Both the position numbers and the translations under genes were made by a program. The notes below the pieces were generated by a model. That model had not been told where the DNA came from. It made no database searches and saw nothing but the letters and a program-made list of their open reading frames with translations. A stretch of DNA of 64,000 bases. It comes from Mycobacteriales bacterium (lineage in GTDB: Bacteria > Actinomycetota > Actinomycetes > Mycobacteriales > SCTD01). Shown piece after piece: positions 20,798 to 31,099 of this stretch (the first letter of the stretch is position 1; the number at the start of each line of letters is the position of its first letter). The stretch lies in the NCBI GenBank assembly GCA_038230355.1, contig JBBRNK010000007.1:111529-175528 (forward strand), written 5' to 3'.

Positions 20798-23475
20798 CAG
20801 CGCCGACGGGGCAGGTACTGGTCACCAAGCTCTTCCTTCCCACCCCCCGATCCGGGTTCGTGCCCCGTCCGCGCCTGGTCGAACTGCTCAGCGTTGGGCT
20901 GCTCAGCAGACTGACCGTCGTCTGTGCACCCGCCGGCTTCGGGAAGTCCACGTTGGTCGCAGACTGGGCCTCCACAAGCGAGCGGCCGGTGGCCTGGATC
21001 TCGCTGGATGAAGCAGACAGCGACCCCCTGCGCTTCTTGACCTACCTCATCTCTGCCCTCAGAACCGTTGCGCCCGGAGTGGGCGAGGACGGGCAGGGGG
21101 CACTCCTGTCCCCGTCACCGCAGGTCGAGTCGGTCCTCATCGGGCTGCTGAACGACCTCAGCGCGATGGCACAACCGATGACCCTGGTGCTGGACGACTA
21201 CCACACGATCGATGACCCGGAAGTGGACTCAGCGGTCGCGTTCCTGCTCGATCACCTTCCTCAGCAACTGCACGTGGTGATCTCCACCCGGCAGGACCCA
21301 CATCTGCCCCTTGCGCGGCTACGCGCGCGCGGGCAGCTCACTGAACTGCGTGCCGCTGACCTCCGGTTCGATCCCGGCGAGGTGGCCCAGTACCTCACCT
21401 CGGTGATGGGCCTGAACCTGACCGTCGAGGACATCGCGATCCTGGAGCGTCGGACCGAAGGCTGGATCGCCGGGTTGCAGCTCGCGGCGCTGTCGCTGCG
21501 CGGTCACGAGGACGTCTCGGAGTTCATCCGCGGCTTCGCCGGGAACCACCGCTTCATCACCGACTACCTGGTCGGGGAGGTCCTTGGCCGGCAGACCGAT
21601 GACGTGCGCGCCTTCCTGCTGCAGACCGCCATCCTCGACCGCTTGAGTGGACCGCTCTGTGACGCGGTGACCGGGCAAGGCAGCGGCGGCGCTCGTCTGG
21701 AGTCGTTGGATCGGGACAACCTGTTCGTCGTCCCGCTGGATGACCGCCGGCAGTGGTATCGCTACCACCATTTGTTCGCTGAGGTCCTACGGGCGTACCT
21801 GACCGAGGAGCAGCCGGACGCGCTCGCAACGCTGCACCGGCGCGCGGCGCGGTGGTTCGAGCACAATGGCTCTCTACCGGATGCCATCCGGCACTCCTTG
21901 GCTGCCGGTGATGTCGAGCACGTCGCCGATCTCGTCGAGGCGGCGGCGCCCGGCCTAAGCCAGGCGCGTCAGGAAGCGACCCTGCTGGCCTGGCTGCGTG
22001 CGCTTCCCGAGGAGGTGCTTCGCAACCGGCCGGTTCTGAACGCCAGGTATGCGGGGGTCCTGCTCTCGAACGGCCTCCTGGCGCAGGTCGAGTCCCGACT
22101 CGACGACGCCGCGAGGTGGCTGGACCCGGCTGCTCCTGTCCACGAGATGGTCGTGGTGGACGAGGCGAGCTTCCTTCGGCTCCCTGGTTCGATCGCCATG
22201 TGGCGCGCAGGCGCACACCTGATGGGTGGCGATCCGACGGGCACCGTCAAGCACGCCCGGGAGGCGCTCCAGCTCTCCAGTCCTGACGACCACCTGACGC
22301 GCGGAGGCGCCGCCGCGCTCATCGGACTCACCGCCTGGGGGAACGGCGAGCTCGACGAGGCGTTCGCCAGGTACACCGACTGCATCACGCACCTGCGGAG
22401 CGAGGGCTCGCTCGCCGACGTGGTCGCGTGCTCGATCACCCTGGCCGACATCCGCATCACCCAAGGACGGCTGCACGAAGCCATGGACATCTACGCGTCC
22501 GGTCTACAGCTCGCGACCCCGCCGGACGGTCCGCTGCTGCGTGGAGCCGCCGACATGCACGTGGGCCTGAGCCTGCTCCAACTGGAACGCGGTGACCTCG
22601 AGCTCGCAAGGCAACACCTGATGCGATCCCAGGAGCTGGGCGAGAGCCTCGGACTACCGCAACACCCCTACCGCTCACACGTGGCCGAGGCGCACCTACG
22701 GCAGGCAGAAGGGGACTTGGACGCTGCGGTCGAGCGGTTGAACGAGGCCGAGCGCGTGTACGACGGCGACTTCTCCCCCAAGGTCCGTCCAGTCGCGGCG
22801 ATGAGGGCCCGGGTCTGGGTCGAGCAGGGCAAACTCGACGAGGCCGACCGCTGGGCGAACGACCACGAAGTATCCGCCGATCGCGAGCTCACGTACCTGC
22901 GCGAGTTCGAGCACGTCACCCTCGCACGCCTACTGCTGGCTCAGCATCAGCTGCCCGCAGCAAGGAGCCTTCTCGAGCGCCTTCTGCGCGCTGCTGACCA
23001 AGGCGGCAGGGCGGGGAGCGCCCTTGAGATTCTCGTGCTGCAGGCCCTCGCACATCAGGCGCACAGGGACACTGCCGCCGCCCTCGTGACACTCCAGCGG
23101 GCCTTCGCTCTTGGGGCGCCCCAGGGCTACGTGCGCCCGTTCGCAGGGGCGGGACCGGACATGCGGGAGTTGCTGCAGGCTGCAGATCGGCAGGGCATCT
23201 CGCGCACGTATGTCCGGAAGCTGCTCGCCATCGCGGGCACCGCGACACCCCTCGCGAAACAGGACTTGAACGACCCCCTGAGCGAGCGCGAGCTCGACGT
23301 GCTGCGCCTGCTCGGAGGCGAACTCAGCGGACCGGAGATCGCCCGGGAGCTCGTGGTGTCACCACACACGGTGCGCAGCCACACCAAGAGCATCTATACC
23401 AAGCTCGGTGTGAACAGTCGCCGGACCGCCGTCCGGGAGGCACAGGACCTGAACCTGATCCGCAAGCAGCGCTGA
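20794..23475 (+). CDS. LuxR-family transcriptional regulator of the MalT/STAND type (P-loop NTPase, TPR-like repeats, C-terminal LuxR HTH)
   Basis: 893 aa with Walker A VVCAPAGFGKSTLV, a long helical-repeat middle region and a C-terminal LSERELDVLRLLGGELSGPEIARELVVSPHTVRSHTKSIYTKLGV. Confidence 0.9.
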   Translation: MTAPTGQVLVTKLFLPTPRSGFVPRPRLVELLSVGLLSRLTVVCAPAGFGKSTLVADWASTSERPVAWISLDEADSDPLRFLTYLISALRTVAPGVGEDGQGALLSPSPQVESVLIGLLNDLSAMAQPMTLVLDDYHTIDDPEVDSAVAFLLDHLPQQLHVVISTRQDPHLPLARLRARGQLTELRAADLRFDPGEVAQYLTSVMGLNLTVEDIAILERRTEGWIAGLQLAALSLRGHEDVSEFIRGFAGNHRFITDYLVGEVLGRQTDDVRAFLLQTAILDRLSGPLCDAVTGQGSGGARLESLDRDNLFVVPLDDRRQWYRYHHLFAEVLRAYLTEEQPDALATLHRRAARWFEHNGSLPDAIRHSLAAGDVEHVADLVEAAAPGLSQARQEATLLAWLRALPEEVLRNRPVLNARYAGVLLSNGLLAQVESRLDDAARWLDPAAPVHEMVVVDEASFLRLPGSIAMWRAGAHLMGGDPTGTVKHAREALQLSSPDDHLTRGGAAALIGLTAWGNGELDEAFARYTDCITHLRSEGSLADVVACSITLADIRITQGRLHEAMDIYASGLQLATPPDGPLLRGAADMHVGLSLLQLERGDLELARQHLMRSQELGESLGLPQHPYRSHVAEAHLRQAEGDLDAAVERLNEAERVYDGDFSPKVRPVAAMRARVWVEQGKLDEADRWANDHEVSADRELTYLREFEHVTLARLLLAQHQLPAARSLLERLLRAADQGGRAGSALEILVLQALAHQAHRDTAAALVTLQRAFALGAPQGYVRPFAGAGPDMRELLQAADRQGISRTYVRKLLAIAGTATPLAKQDLNDPLSERELDVLRLLGGELSGPEIARELVVSPHTVRSHTKSIYTKLGVNSRRTAVREAQDLNLIRKQR

Positions 23476-23826
23476 GAGTCGGCGGCCCCCGCAACGGCAG
23501 AATCCTTGCCCCGAGCCGCGGCGTTCACTGCCGGGCCGAGCGCGCTGCGCTGAGCGGGGTCGCCGACGCTGTCGAGGGCCGGGCAGCGGTCGATCTCAGT
23601 GTGGACAGTCCATCCTGGGTTTCCCGGAAACGGCAATAAAGCTGGCCTTCGCACGCCCGACCAGTTCACGCTTCCCAGCATGAGCTCGGCAGCGGGACTT
23701 GACGTGGTCACGTGTCTTTGGCCGAGGCCGTCGCCGGCGCCGAAGTGGTTGCCGTGGCGGTCTTCCCGACCGTTCGTCCCGACTGTCCGCAGTGCCGGAC
23801 CCCGCTTGCCAGAGAACGGAGCCACC

Positions 23827-25264
23827 GATGACAACCATCACGGCAAAACGAGACGCAACTGCAACAGACACACCTTCGGTTCGGTGGGCGGTGGGCGCTC
23901 TTTCGCTGTCCATGTTGATGCCCTCTCTCGATACCAGTATCGCAAATGCTGGCCTGCCGACGTTGGCCCACGCGTTCACGGCCTCTTTCCAGCAGGTCCA
24001 GTGGATCGTCCTTGCGTACCTGCTCGCCATCACCTCACTGATCGTCAGTGTCGGGCGCCTCGGTGACCTCATCGGCCGCCGACGGATGCTGTTGGCCGGG
24101 ATCGTCCTTTTCACAGTGGCATCGCTCCTGTGCGGAGCGGCGTCCACCCTGCCGCTGCTGCTCGCGGCCCGGGCGGCGCAGGGCCTCGGCGCGGCCATCA
24201 TGCTGGCCCTCACCGTGGCGTTCGTCGGTGACACGGTTCCGAAGGAGAGAACCGGGAGCGCGATGGGGCTACTCGGGACGATGTCAGCAATGGGCACCAC
24301 TCTCGGGCCCTCGCTTGGCGGTGTCCTTATCGCGGGGCTCGGCTGGCGAAGCATCTTCCTCGTCAACGTTCCGCTGGGGATCCTCAACTATCTTCTCGCC
24401 CGTCGCTTCCTGCCGGTCGACCATCAGGGAGCGAAGGTGGATCTGGCGGACTTCGACAAGGTAGGCACACTGCTGCTGGGCCTGACGCTCGCGGCCTACG
24501 CGCTCGCCATGACGATCGGCCGTGGCCATTTCGGCCAGCTCAACCTCGCCTTGTTGGTGGCTGCCTTCGTCGGCATCAGCCTGTTCGTTCTCGCCGAAGC
24601 GAGAAGCGCATCCCCGTTGATCCGCTTGGGGATGCTCCGAGATCCGATACTGAGTGGCGGCCTCGCGATGAGCACGCTGGTCTCGACGGTGATGATGGCA
24701 ACCTTGGTGGTTGGGCCGTTCTACCTCTCGCGCGGCCTCGGGCTCACCGTGGTTCTTGTCGGACTCGTCCTGTCCGCCGGCCCGCTTGTCGCTGCACTGA
24801 CCGGCGTGCCAGCCGGTCGTCTCGTGGACCGGTTTGGTGCACAACGCATGACCCTCGTCGGGCTCATCGGCATGGCCGTCGGCTGTTGTGTCCTGTCCCT
24901 CATGCCAGCGACGTACGGCATCGCCGGGTACGTGACCCCCATCGTCGTCATCACCTCCTGCTACGCGATGTTCCAGGCGGCCAACAACACCGTCATCATG
25001 GCCGATGTGCGTCCGGAGCAACGGGGCGTCATCTCCGGAATGCTCAACCTGTCGCGCAATCTCGGGCTCATCACCGGGGCATCGGTCATGGGCGCCGTAT
25101 TTGCCGTCGCCTCGGCGACGACCGACATCACGACCGCAGGCACCGAGGCTGTTGCCACCGGGATGAGGATCACGTTCGCCGTCGCAGCGATGGTGATCGC
25201 CATCGCGATCACCATCGCGATAGGAAAGCAGGCCCGCTCCCGAGGAACGTCGAGGGCGCGGTAG
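23827..25264 (+). CDS. MFS transporter, DHA2/EmrB-like drug:H+ antiporter (14 TM)
   Basis: Start MTTITAKRD has an upstream GGAG RBS. The MFS signature GRLGDLIGRRRM is present, with ~14 hydrophobic segments. Confidence 0.85.
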
Positions 25265-25440
25265 CGCAGGTCTTGGCCGGGCAGTTCGCCAACTCGGGAC
25301 TCACCCGTCGTGCCCTCACTCGTGCCGGGAACTGCTGACGCCCACGTCAAGGAATCACCACATGACTCACCACCTGTGGCGATGCCCGCTCACCACCTCC
25401 GCTTCTAACGTCCGAGAGCGCAAGGACACGAAGGAGCGCC

Positions 25441-25677
25441 ATGAACGATCCCCACGCCGATCAGTACGAGATCCGCCTCCAGGGGCACCTCGACCGAAGA
25501 TGGGCCGCTCTGTTCGAGGGTCTCAGCCTCAGCCAGGAGGCGGACGGCGTCACCCTGCTAGCAGGACCTGTCATCGACCAGAGCGCCCTTCACGGGTTGC
25601 TGCGAAAAGTCCGCGACATCGGCTTGCCACTGGTCTCCGTCACCCACGTCGAACCCAACCCAACAAGGAAGCCCTGA
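25441..25677 (+). CDS. Small conserved hypothetical protein (78 aa) translationally coupled to the MMPL transporter
   Basis: AAGGAG RBS precedes the start. Its stop TGA overlaps the MMPL ATG (TGATG at 25675-25679). Codon bias is coding-like. Confidence 0.55.
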   Translation: MNDPHADQYEIRLQGHLDRRWAALFEGLSLSQEADGVTLLAGPVIDQSALHGLLRKVRDIGLPLVSVTHVEPNPTRKP

Positions 25678-27896
25678 TGACCACTACCCGGTCGACCACG
25701 TCGGTCCCCCTGCTCGCGCGTCTGACCCACCTGACCATCCGACACCGTTGGCTGGTCATCGGGGCCTGGCTCATGCTCACCATCTTCGGCGTGTTCGCCT
25801 CCGGCAAGGTGGAGACCCGCTGGTACACCGCCACGGCGATCCCCGGCCAACCGGCCTACGAGGCGAGCCAGCGGATCCTGCAGGATCTGGGCTTCGGCGA
25901 CAAGACTCCCACCGTGGTGGTGTTCCACACCAGCGGTGACGTCACGCAGAGCCCCGCGATCGAGCAGGCGATGCAACGCGCGGCAGGCGCCGTTCCCGGA
26001 GCGTTCACCAGCTCCTACTTCTCGACCCACGACCTGATCTACGTTTCCCGGGACCGGCATACCGCCTTCGAGATGATCTACGCGCCCGGCCGGGCCGGGG
26101 TCGACATCGTCAGCGGCGCCAAGGACATCCGTGCAGCGGCCGTGAGCAGTTTGCCTACCGGCGTCACCGTCAACGTGACAGGCCGGGACGCGTTGGACGA
26201 AGCATCGAAGGACGGCAAAGGCGGCGGCACCGGCGTGCTGCTGGAAGCGCTCATCGGCGGACTCGGGGCGCTCATCATCCTGCTCTTCGTCTTCGGCACC
26301 TTGCCCGCCGTGCTGGCGCCGATCGGCATCGCCGTCATAGCGATCCTCAACACCTTCACGCTGGTGTGGGGGCTGACCTACCTCACCGACGTATCCGTCA
26401 TCGTGAAGTTCCTTATCGCCCTGGTCGGCCTCGGCCTGGCCATCGACTACTCGCTGGTCGTCATCTTCCGGTTCCGCGACGAACTGCGCGGGGGAAAGAA
26501 CGTCGAGACGGCGCTCGTCGAGACGATGACCCACGCCGGTCGATCGGTCATCGTCTCGGGGTCGACCGTAGCAATCGGCCTGCTTGCCCTGGTCGTTCTG
26601 CCGCTGCCCTTGATCCGCTCGATGGGCCTCGGTGGCATGCTCATCCCAGCGGTGTCGGTGATTGCGTCACTGACGCTGCTGCCGGCCGTGTTGGCTGTCC
26701 TCGGCGAGCGCATCAACCGGGTCCGTGTGATGCCGCGATGGTGGCTCGACCGCGGCCACGGCCAGAACGGCGCGTGGGGGCGCTGGGCGCGCTTCGTGCT
26801 CCGTCGGCCCGCCGCGGTCGCAGGAGTGGGGCTGGTGCTTGTCGTGACGCTGGCCGGGATCGGCACCCAGCTGAAGACGGGCGAGACCGCACTCGCGCAC
26901 TTCCCCGGCACGGGAACCGCGATCGCCGGCCGGCAGATGCTCGCCGACGCGCAGATCAGCCCCGGCGTGATGAAGCCGCTCGCCGTGCTCGTCGAGAACG
27001 GCGGCAACCCCGACCAGGTCGCGGCCAAGATGCGCACGGTGCGGGGCGTCGCCGGCGCGGCTGCGCCGGCCACCTGGCGCGAGGGTCAGACCTCTCTCGT
27101 CGAGGTTTTCCCGGCGTTCGACAGCGCCTCCCCCGGCATCACCGGCGTCATCTCCCGGATGCAGACGGCACTGGCCGGCACCCGCGGCACAGTGACCGGT
27201 GTCGCCGCGGTCAACCAGGACTTCCTGCACGCACTGCTGGGCAGCTTCCCGTACGTGCTCACCATGGTCCTGCTCCTGACTCTGGTCCTTCTGACCCGCG
27301 CGTTCCGCTCCGTCGTCCTGGCAGTGAAGGCGGTCGTGCTGAACCTGTTCTCACTCGGCGCCGCGTTCGGCATCGTCGTGTTCGTCTTCCAGTACGGCCA
27401 CGGCTCCAGCCTGTGGGGTCTCGGTGCGACCGGCTCCCTCACGGCGTACGTGCCGCTGATGATCTTCGCTTTCCTTTACGGGCTTTCGATGGACTACGAG
27501 GTCTTCATGCTGTCCCGCATGCGGGAGGCGTATGACGAGACCGGCTCCACCGATAAGGCGATAGAGCTCGGTCTCGCCCGCACCGGCAAGCTCGTCACCA
27601 GTGGCGCCCTCATCTTGATGTTCGCGTTCCTCGTGCTCTCCTCCAGCCCCGGCTTCGAGATCAAGTCCCTGTCCGTGGGCATCGCCGCCGGGATCATCTT
27701 CGACGCCACCGTCATCCGCGCCCTGCTGGTCCCGGCGCTGATGAAGCTGTTCGGCGCCGCCAACTGGTGGACCCCGACCTGGCTCGACCGGCTGCTCCCG
27801 ACCCTGCCGCTCGTTGCTGTGGTCGCCCTTCGCGAGGCGATCCCTGCCCAGTCTGGTCAGGCCGGAGCACCGATCCCCGCCCCGGGCCTCACATGA
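25677..27896 (+). CDS. MMPL family (RND superfamily) membrane transporter
   Basis: ~740 aa with a 12-TM, two-large-loop architecture, MMPL-typical blocks and TM clusters (GLGLAIDYSLVVIFRF..., GLSMDYEVFMLSRMRE). Confidence 0.85.
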   Translation: MTTTRSTTSVPLLARLTHLTIRHRWLVIGAWLMLTIFGVFASGKVETRWYTATAIPGQPAYEASQRILQDLGFGDKTPTVVVFHTSGDVTQSPAIEQAMQRAAGAVPGAFTSSYFSTHDLIYVSRDRHTAFEMIYAPGRAGVDIVSGAKDIRAAAVSSLPTGVTVNVTGRDALDEASKDGKGGGTGVLLEALIGGLGALIILLFVFGTLPAVLAPIGIAVIAILNTFTLVWGLTYLTDVSVIVKFLIALVGLGLAIDYSLVVIFRFRDELRGGKNVETALVETMTHAGRSVIVSGSTVAIGLLALVVLPLPLIRSMGLGGMLIPAVSVIASLTLLPAVLAVLGERINRVRVMPRWWLDRGHGQNGAWGRWARFVLRRPAAVAGVGLVLVVTLAGIGTQLKTGETALAHFPGTGTAIAGRQMLADAQISPGVMKPLAVLVENGGNPDQVAAKMRTVRGVAGAAAPATWREGQTSLVEVFPAFDSASPGITGVISRMQTALAGTRGTVTGVAAVNQDFLHALLGSFPYVLTMVLLLTLVLLTRAFRSVVLAVKAVVLNLFSLGAAFGIVVFVFQYGHGSSLWGLGATGSLTAYVPLMIFAFLYGLSMDYEVFMLSRMREAYDETGSTDKAIELGLARTGKLVTSGALILMFAFLVLSSSPGFEIKSLSVGIAAGIIFDATVIRALLVPALMKLFGAANWWTPTWLDRLLPTLPLVAVVALREAIPAQSGQAGAPIPAPGLT

Positions 27897-28020
27897 CGGC
27901 ACAGCCAGCCACACCCTCCCCACACCGGTCCCACACCAAGGACAAGACCAGAGAAGGCTCGGATCCCGCGCCGACGGAACGATTAAGGCATTTGCGCGGG
28001 CCACAGGGGTGTACCTGCAG

Positions 28021-28094
28021 TGGGGCGGGTGGGGCTCGAACCCACGACCGAGGGATTATGAGTCCCGTGCTCTGACCAGCTGAGCTACCGCCCC
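28021..28094 (-). tRNA. tRNA-Met (anticodon CAT), elongator-type acceptor stem
   Basis: The reverse complement GGGGCGGTAGCTCAGCTGGTCAGAGCACGGGACTCATAATCCCTCGGTCGTGGGTTCGAGCCCCACCCGCCCCA folds as a cloverleaf: 7-bp acceptor, D arm GCTC/GAGC, anticodon loop CTCATAA and T loop TTCGAGC. It has a C27:U43 mismatch and no encoded CCA. Confidence 0.85.
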
Positions 28095-28293
28095 AAAAAT
28101 GCATCATCGCAGGTCAGCCCGGCCTGGCGGCAGTCGATGGCCTCCGACACAAGGAGGTGAGCCGCACATCCAAAGCCGCCGCGTCCAAAGGCAACGACAC
28201 CCCCGATCAGCCCGACGCACACCGCTGGCCAACAAGGCTTTCGCGCGACGTCGGCGACACGCACCGGCCTACGGCTGAGGTAGACCTGACGTC

Positions 28294-29058
28294 GTGAGAT
28301 TCCGCCGCCACGGCCTCCCCGAGAACGGACCGGCCCTCGTCGAGGAGCACCTTGCGGTCTGGCCTCTGCTCGAGGCCCAGGAGCAGCGGCACCTCTTGCA
28401 GGACATCGACCAGCTGCTTGCGTCAAAGACCTGGGAGGCGGCCCGCGGCTTTTCCCTCGACGACACGGTGCGGGTCGTCATCGCCGCCCAGGCCGCCCTG
28501 CTCGTGCTCGGCCTGAGCCTCGACCACTACCGCGGCGTAAGCGCCATCATCGTCCACCCCACGACCCTGCACACCCGCGGTGAGCGTCCCGGACCGTCGG
28601 CGGGCACGGTCAGTGCGGACCGGCTCGCCGTCGTCGGGCTGGCGGAGGGCGGCCGCGGGCCGATCGTGCTGGCCTGGGACCAGGCGCTCGCCGGCGCACA
28701 CCGTTCGGAGCCCGGCGCGAACGTCGTCCTGCACGAGTTTGCGCACAAGCTGGACATGCTCGATGGGTTTGTCGACGGGACTCCGGTGCTGGCTCGCGAC
28801 CTCCGGGCTGATTGGGTGCGCGTCTGCTCGGAGGTCTACGACGACCTCGTGGCCGGCGTGCCACGGCCACCCCTTCGCTGGTACGGCGCGACCAACCCCG
28901 GTGAGTTCTTCTCCGTCGCCACCGAGTTGTTCTTCGAGCAGCCGAGGGAGCTCCAAGGGCTCGAGCCTGCCCTGTACGACGTGCTCCGGCGCTTCTACCG
29001 GCAGGACCCAGCGACCCGGGAGCCCCGACCACCACACTCGCCGCGAGCCTCCGAGTAG
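28294..29058 (+). CDS. MtfA-like (peptidase M90 / Mlc titration factor A family) zinc-dependent peptidase
   Basis: HEFAHKLD contains an HExxH motif in an MtfA-like context, with a GTG start. Confidence 0.65.
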   Translation: MRFRRHGLPENGPALVEEHLAVWPLLEAQEQRHLLQDIDQLLASKTWEAARGFSLDDTVRVVIAAQAALLVLGLSLDHYRGVSAIIVHPTTLHTRGERPGPSAGTVSADRLAVVGLAEGGRGPIVLAWDQALAGAHRSEPGANVVLHEFAHKLDMLDGFVDGTPVLARDLRADWVRVCSEVYDDLVAGVPRPPLRWYGATNPGEFFSVATELFFEQPRELQGLEPALYDVLRRFYRQDPATREPRPPHSPRASE

Positions 29059-29321
29059 CAGGACCGGCCGGCTCTACTTCGCGCGGTCCGTCGACGTACC
29101 CGCCGGTAGCCGAAGGTCCGCTGACGATTGTGCAATCAACCGCGGACCGCGGTGCGTACACCGTTTCGCGTCGATGGCACCATCACGGCCATGACGGACT
29201 CACCCCCTCTCGCGCGCGCCCAGGCAGCCCCTGCACCGCTGACGATCGGCCACGGATAAATGCGTCCCACGGTGGTGGCCTGGGGAACCGGCAGCTCACG
29301 GCGACCGACGAGGGGGCAGCG

Positions 29322-31019
29322 GTGAAGGGACTGACCGATCTGGAGATCGCCAGGGGGGCGCAGCTGCGCCCGCTCGACGCGGTTGCCGGTGAGATGGGCA
29401 TCGGGTCGCACCTGCTCGAGCCGTACGGAACCGGCGTCGCCAAGATCGGGTTGCAGGCTGTCGAGGAACTGAAGGACCGGCCACTCGCGAAGTACGTCGT
29501 GGTCACCGCGGTCACCCCGACGCCGCTCGGCGAAGGCAAGACCGTCACCACGGTCGGGCTCGGCCAGGCGTTCAGGCACCTGGGCAAGCGCTGCACCATC
29601 ACGCTGCGCCAGCCCTCCCTCGGACCGACCTTCGGGATCAAAGGCGGCGCTGCCGGCGGCGGCCTGAGCCAGGTCGTACCGATGGAGCCCCTCAACCTGC
29701 ACCTCACCGGTGACGCCCACGCCGTCACCTCGGCCCACAACCTGCTGTCCGCCATGCTGGACAACTCGCTCTACCAGGGCAACCCCACCGGTCTGTCCCA
29801 GCACGACATCACCTGGCGCCGGGTGCTGGACGTCAACGACCGCGCGCTGCGCAACATCGTCGTCGGGCTCGGCACGCGGCTGGACGGCGTGCCACGCCAG
29901 ACCGGCTTCGACATCACGGCAGCCAGCGAGGTGATGGCGGTGCTGGCGCTGGCGACCTCGCTGACCGACCTGCGGCAGCGCCTCGGACGCATCGTCGTCG
30001 GCTACTCCCGACAGGGCGAGCCGGTCACCGCCGATCAGCTCAAGGCGGGTGGTGCCATGACGGTGCTGTTGAAGGAGGCACTCAAGCCCAACCTGCTGCA
30101 GACCTTGGAGGGAACCCCGGTCCTGGTCCACTGCGGGCCGTTCGGCAACATCGCGCACGGCAACTCCTCGGTCGTGGGCGACCTCATCGGCATCCGCGGC
30201 GGCGACTACCTCGTCACGGAGGCAGGCTTCGGCGCGGACATCGGCGCGGAGAAGTTCTTCAACATCAAGTGCCGGGCGTCCGGCCTGGTCCCGGACGCCG
30301 CCGTCCTCGTCACCACCGTCCGGGCGATGAAGTCGCACTCCGGCAGGCACCGCGTCGTGGCTGGGCGCCCGCTGCCGCCGGACCTGGTGCTCGAGCGGCC
30401 GGACGAGGTCCACGAGGGTGCGGCGAACCTGCGCAAGCAGATCGACAACATCCGGCTGCACGGTGTCACGCCGGTCATCGCCGTGAACGCCTTCCCGGGC
30501 GACTGGCCGTCGGAGCACCAGGCGGTGCGCGACATCGCCGCCGACCTGGGCGTGCGGGTCGCGGTCGGTCACCACCACGCGCAAGGCGGCAAGGGGGCCA
30601 TCGACCTCGCCCAGGCCGTTGCCGAGGCGTGCGAGGAACCGTCGTCGTTCGCCTTCCTCTACCCCGACACCGCCTCCCTGAGGGACAAGATCGAGGTCCT
30701 GGCAACCAAGGTGTACGGCGCGGACGGCGTCGACTACACGCCGGCGGCTACTCGACAGCTCGACGTCTACGAGGCCAACGGGTACGGCGCCCTGCCGGTG
30801 TGCGTGGCCAAGACGCATCTGTCGATCTCGTCCGACGCCACCCTGCTCGGGGCGCCCACCGGCTGGCGTCTGCCGGTCGGCGAGGTGCGCGCGAACATCG
30901 GTGCCGGCTTCATCTATCCGATCTGCGGCGCGATGGCCACCATGCCCGGGCTCGGTACGTCGGCCGCCGCCGAGCGCATCGACATCGATGCCGACGGCAA
31001 CACGGTCGGGCTGTCCTGA
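29322..31019 (+). CDS. fhs: Formate--tetrahydrofolate ligase (formyltetrahydrofolate synthetase)
   Basis: N-terminus LTDLEIARGAQLRPLDAVAGEMGI and the nucleotide-binding block TPTPLGEGKTVTTVGL are present, at ~565 aa. A GTG start at 29322 has a purine-rich RBS. Confidence 0.9.
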   Translation: MKGLTDLEIARGAQLRPLDAVAGEMGIGSHLLEPYGTGVAKIGLQAVEELKDRPLAKYVVVTAVTPTPLGEGKTVTTVGLGQAFRHLGKRCTITLRQPSLGPTFGIKGGAAGGGLSQVVPMEPLNLHLTGDAHAVTSAHNLLSAMLDNSLYQGNPTGLSQHDITWRRVLDVNDRALRNIVVGLGTRLDGVPRQTGFDITAASEVMAVLALATSLTDLRQRLGRIVVGYSRQGEPVTADQLKAGGAMTVLLKEALKPNLLQTLEGTPVLVHCGPFGNIAHGNSSVVGDLIGIRGGDYLVTEAGFGADIGAEKFFNIKCRASGLVPDAAVLVTTVRAMKSHSGRHRVVAGRPLPPDLVLERPDEVHEGAANLRKQIDNIRLHGVTPVIAVNAFPGDWPSEHQAVRDIAADLGVRVAVGHHHAQGGKGAIDLAQAVAEACEEPSSFAFLYPDTASLRDKIEVLATKVYGADGVDYTPAATRQLDVYEANGYGALPVCVAKTHLSISSDATLLGAPTGWRLPVGEVRANIGAGFIYPICGAMATMPGLGTSAAAERIDIDADGNTVGLS

Positions 31020-31099
31020 GGCAGCCCCGTGGGCGAAGCAGGGTGCTGCGGCGAGATACGCTCGTGGCCCGACGCGACCTGTCGAGAGCGGAGGCTGGG

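Noticed and set aside
20225-28094. Genomic island integrated at tRNA-Met
   Set aside because: No integrase, excisionase, transposase or direct repeat of the tRNA 3' end was seen, and no obvious GC drop. It is kept only as a low-confidence hypothesis in the findings.
28021-28094. Initiator tRNA-fMet assignment
   Set aside because: The 1:72 pair is G:C and the anticodon stem has an A31:U39 pair rather than three consecutive G:C pairs. It is called elongator tRNA-Met. The C27:U43 mismatch is noted, but the other arms are canonical, so it is not called a pseudogene.
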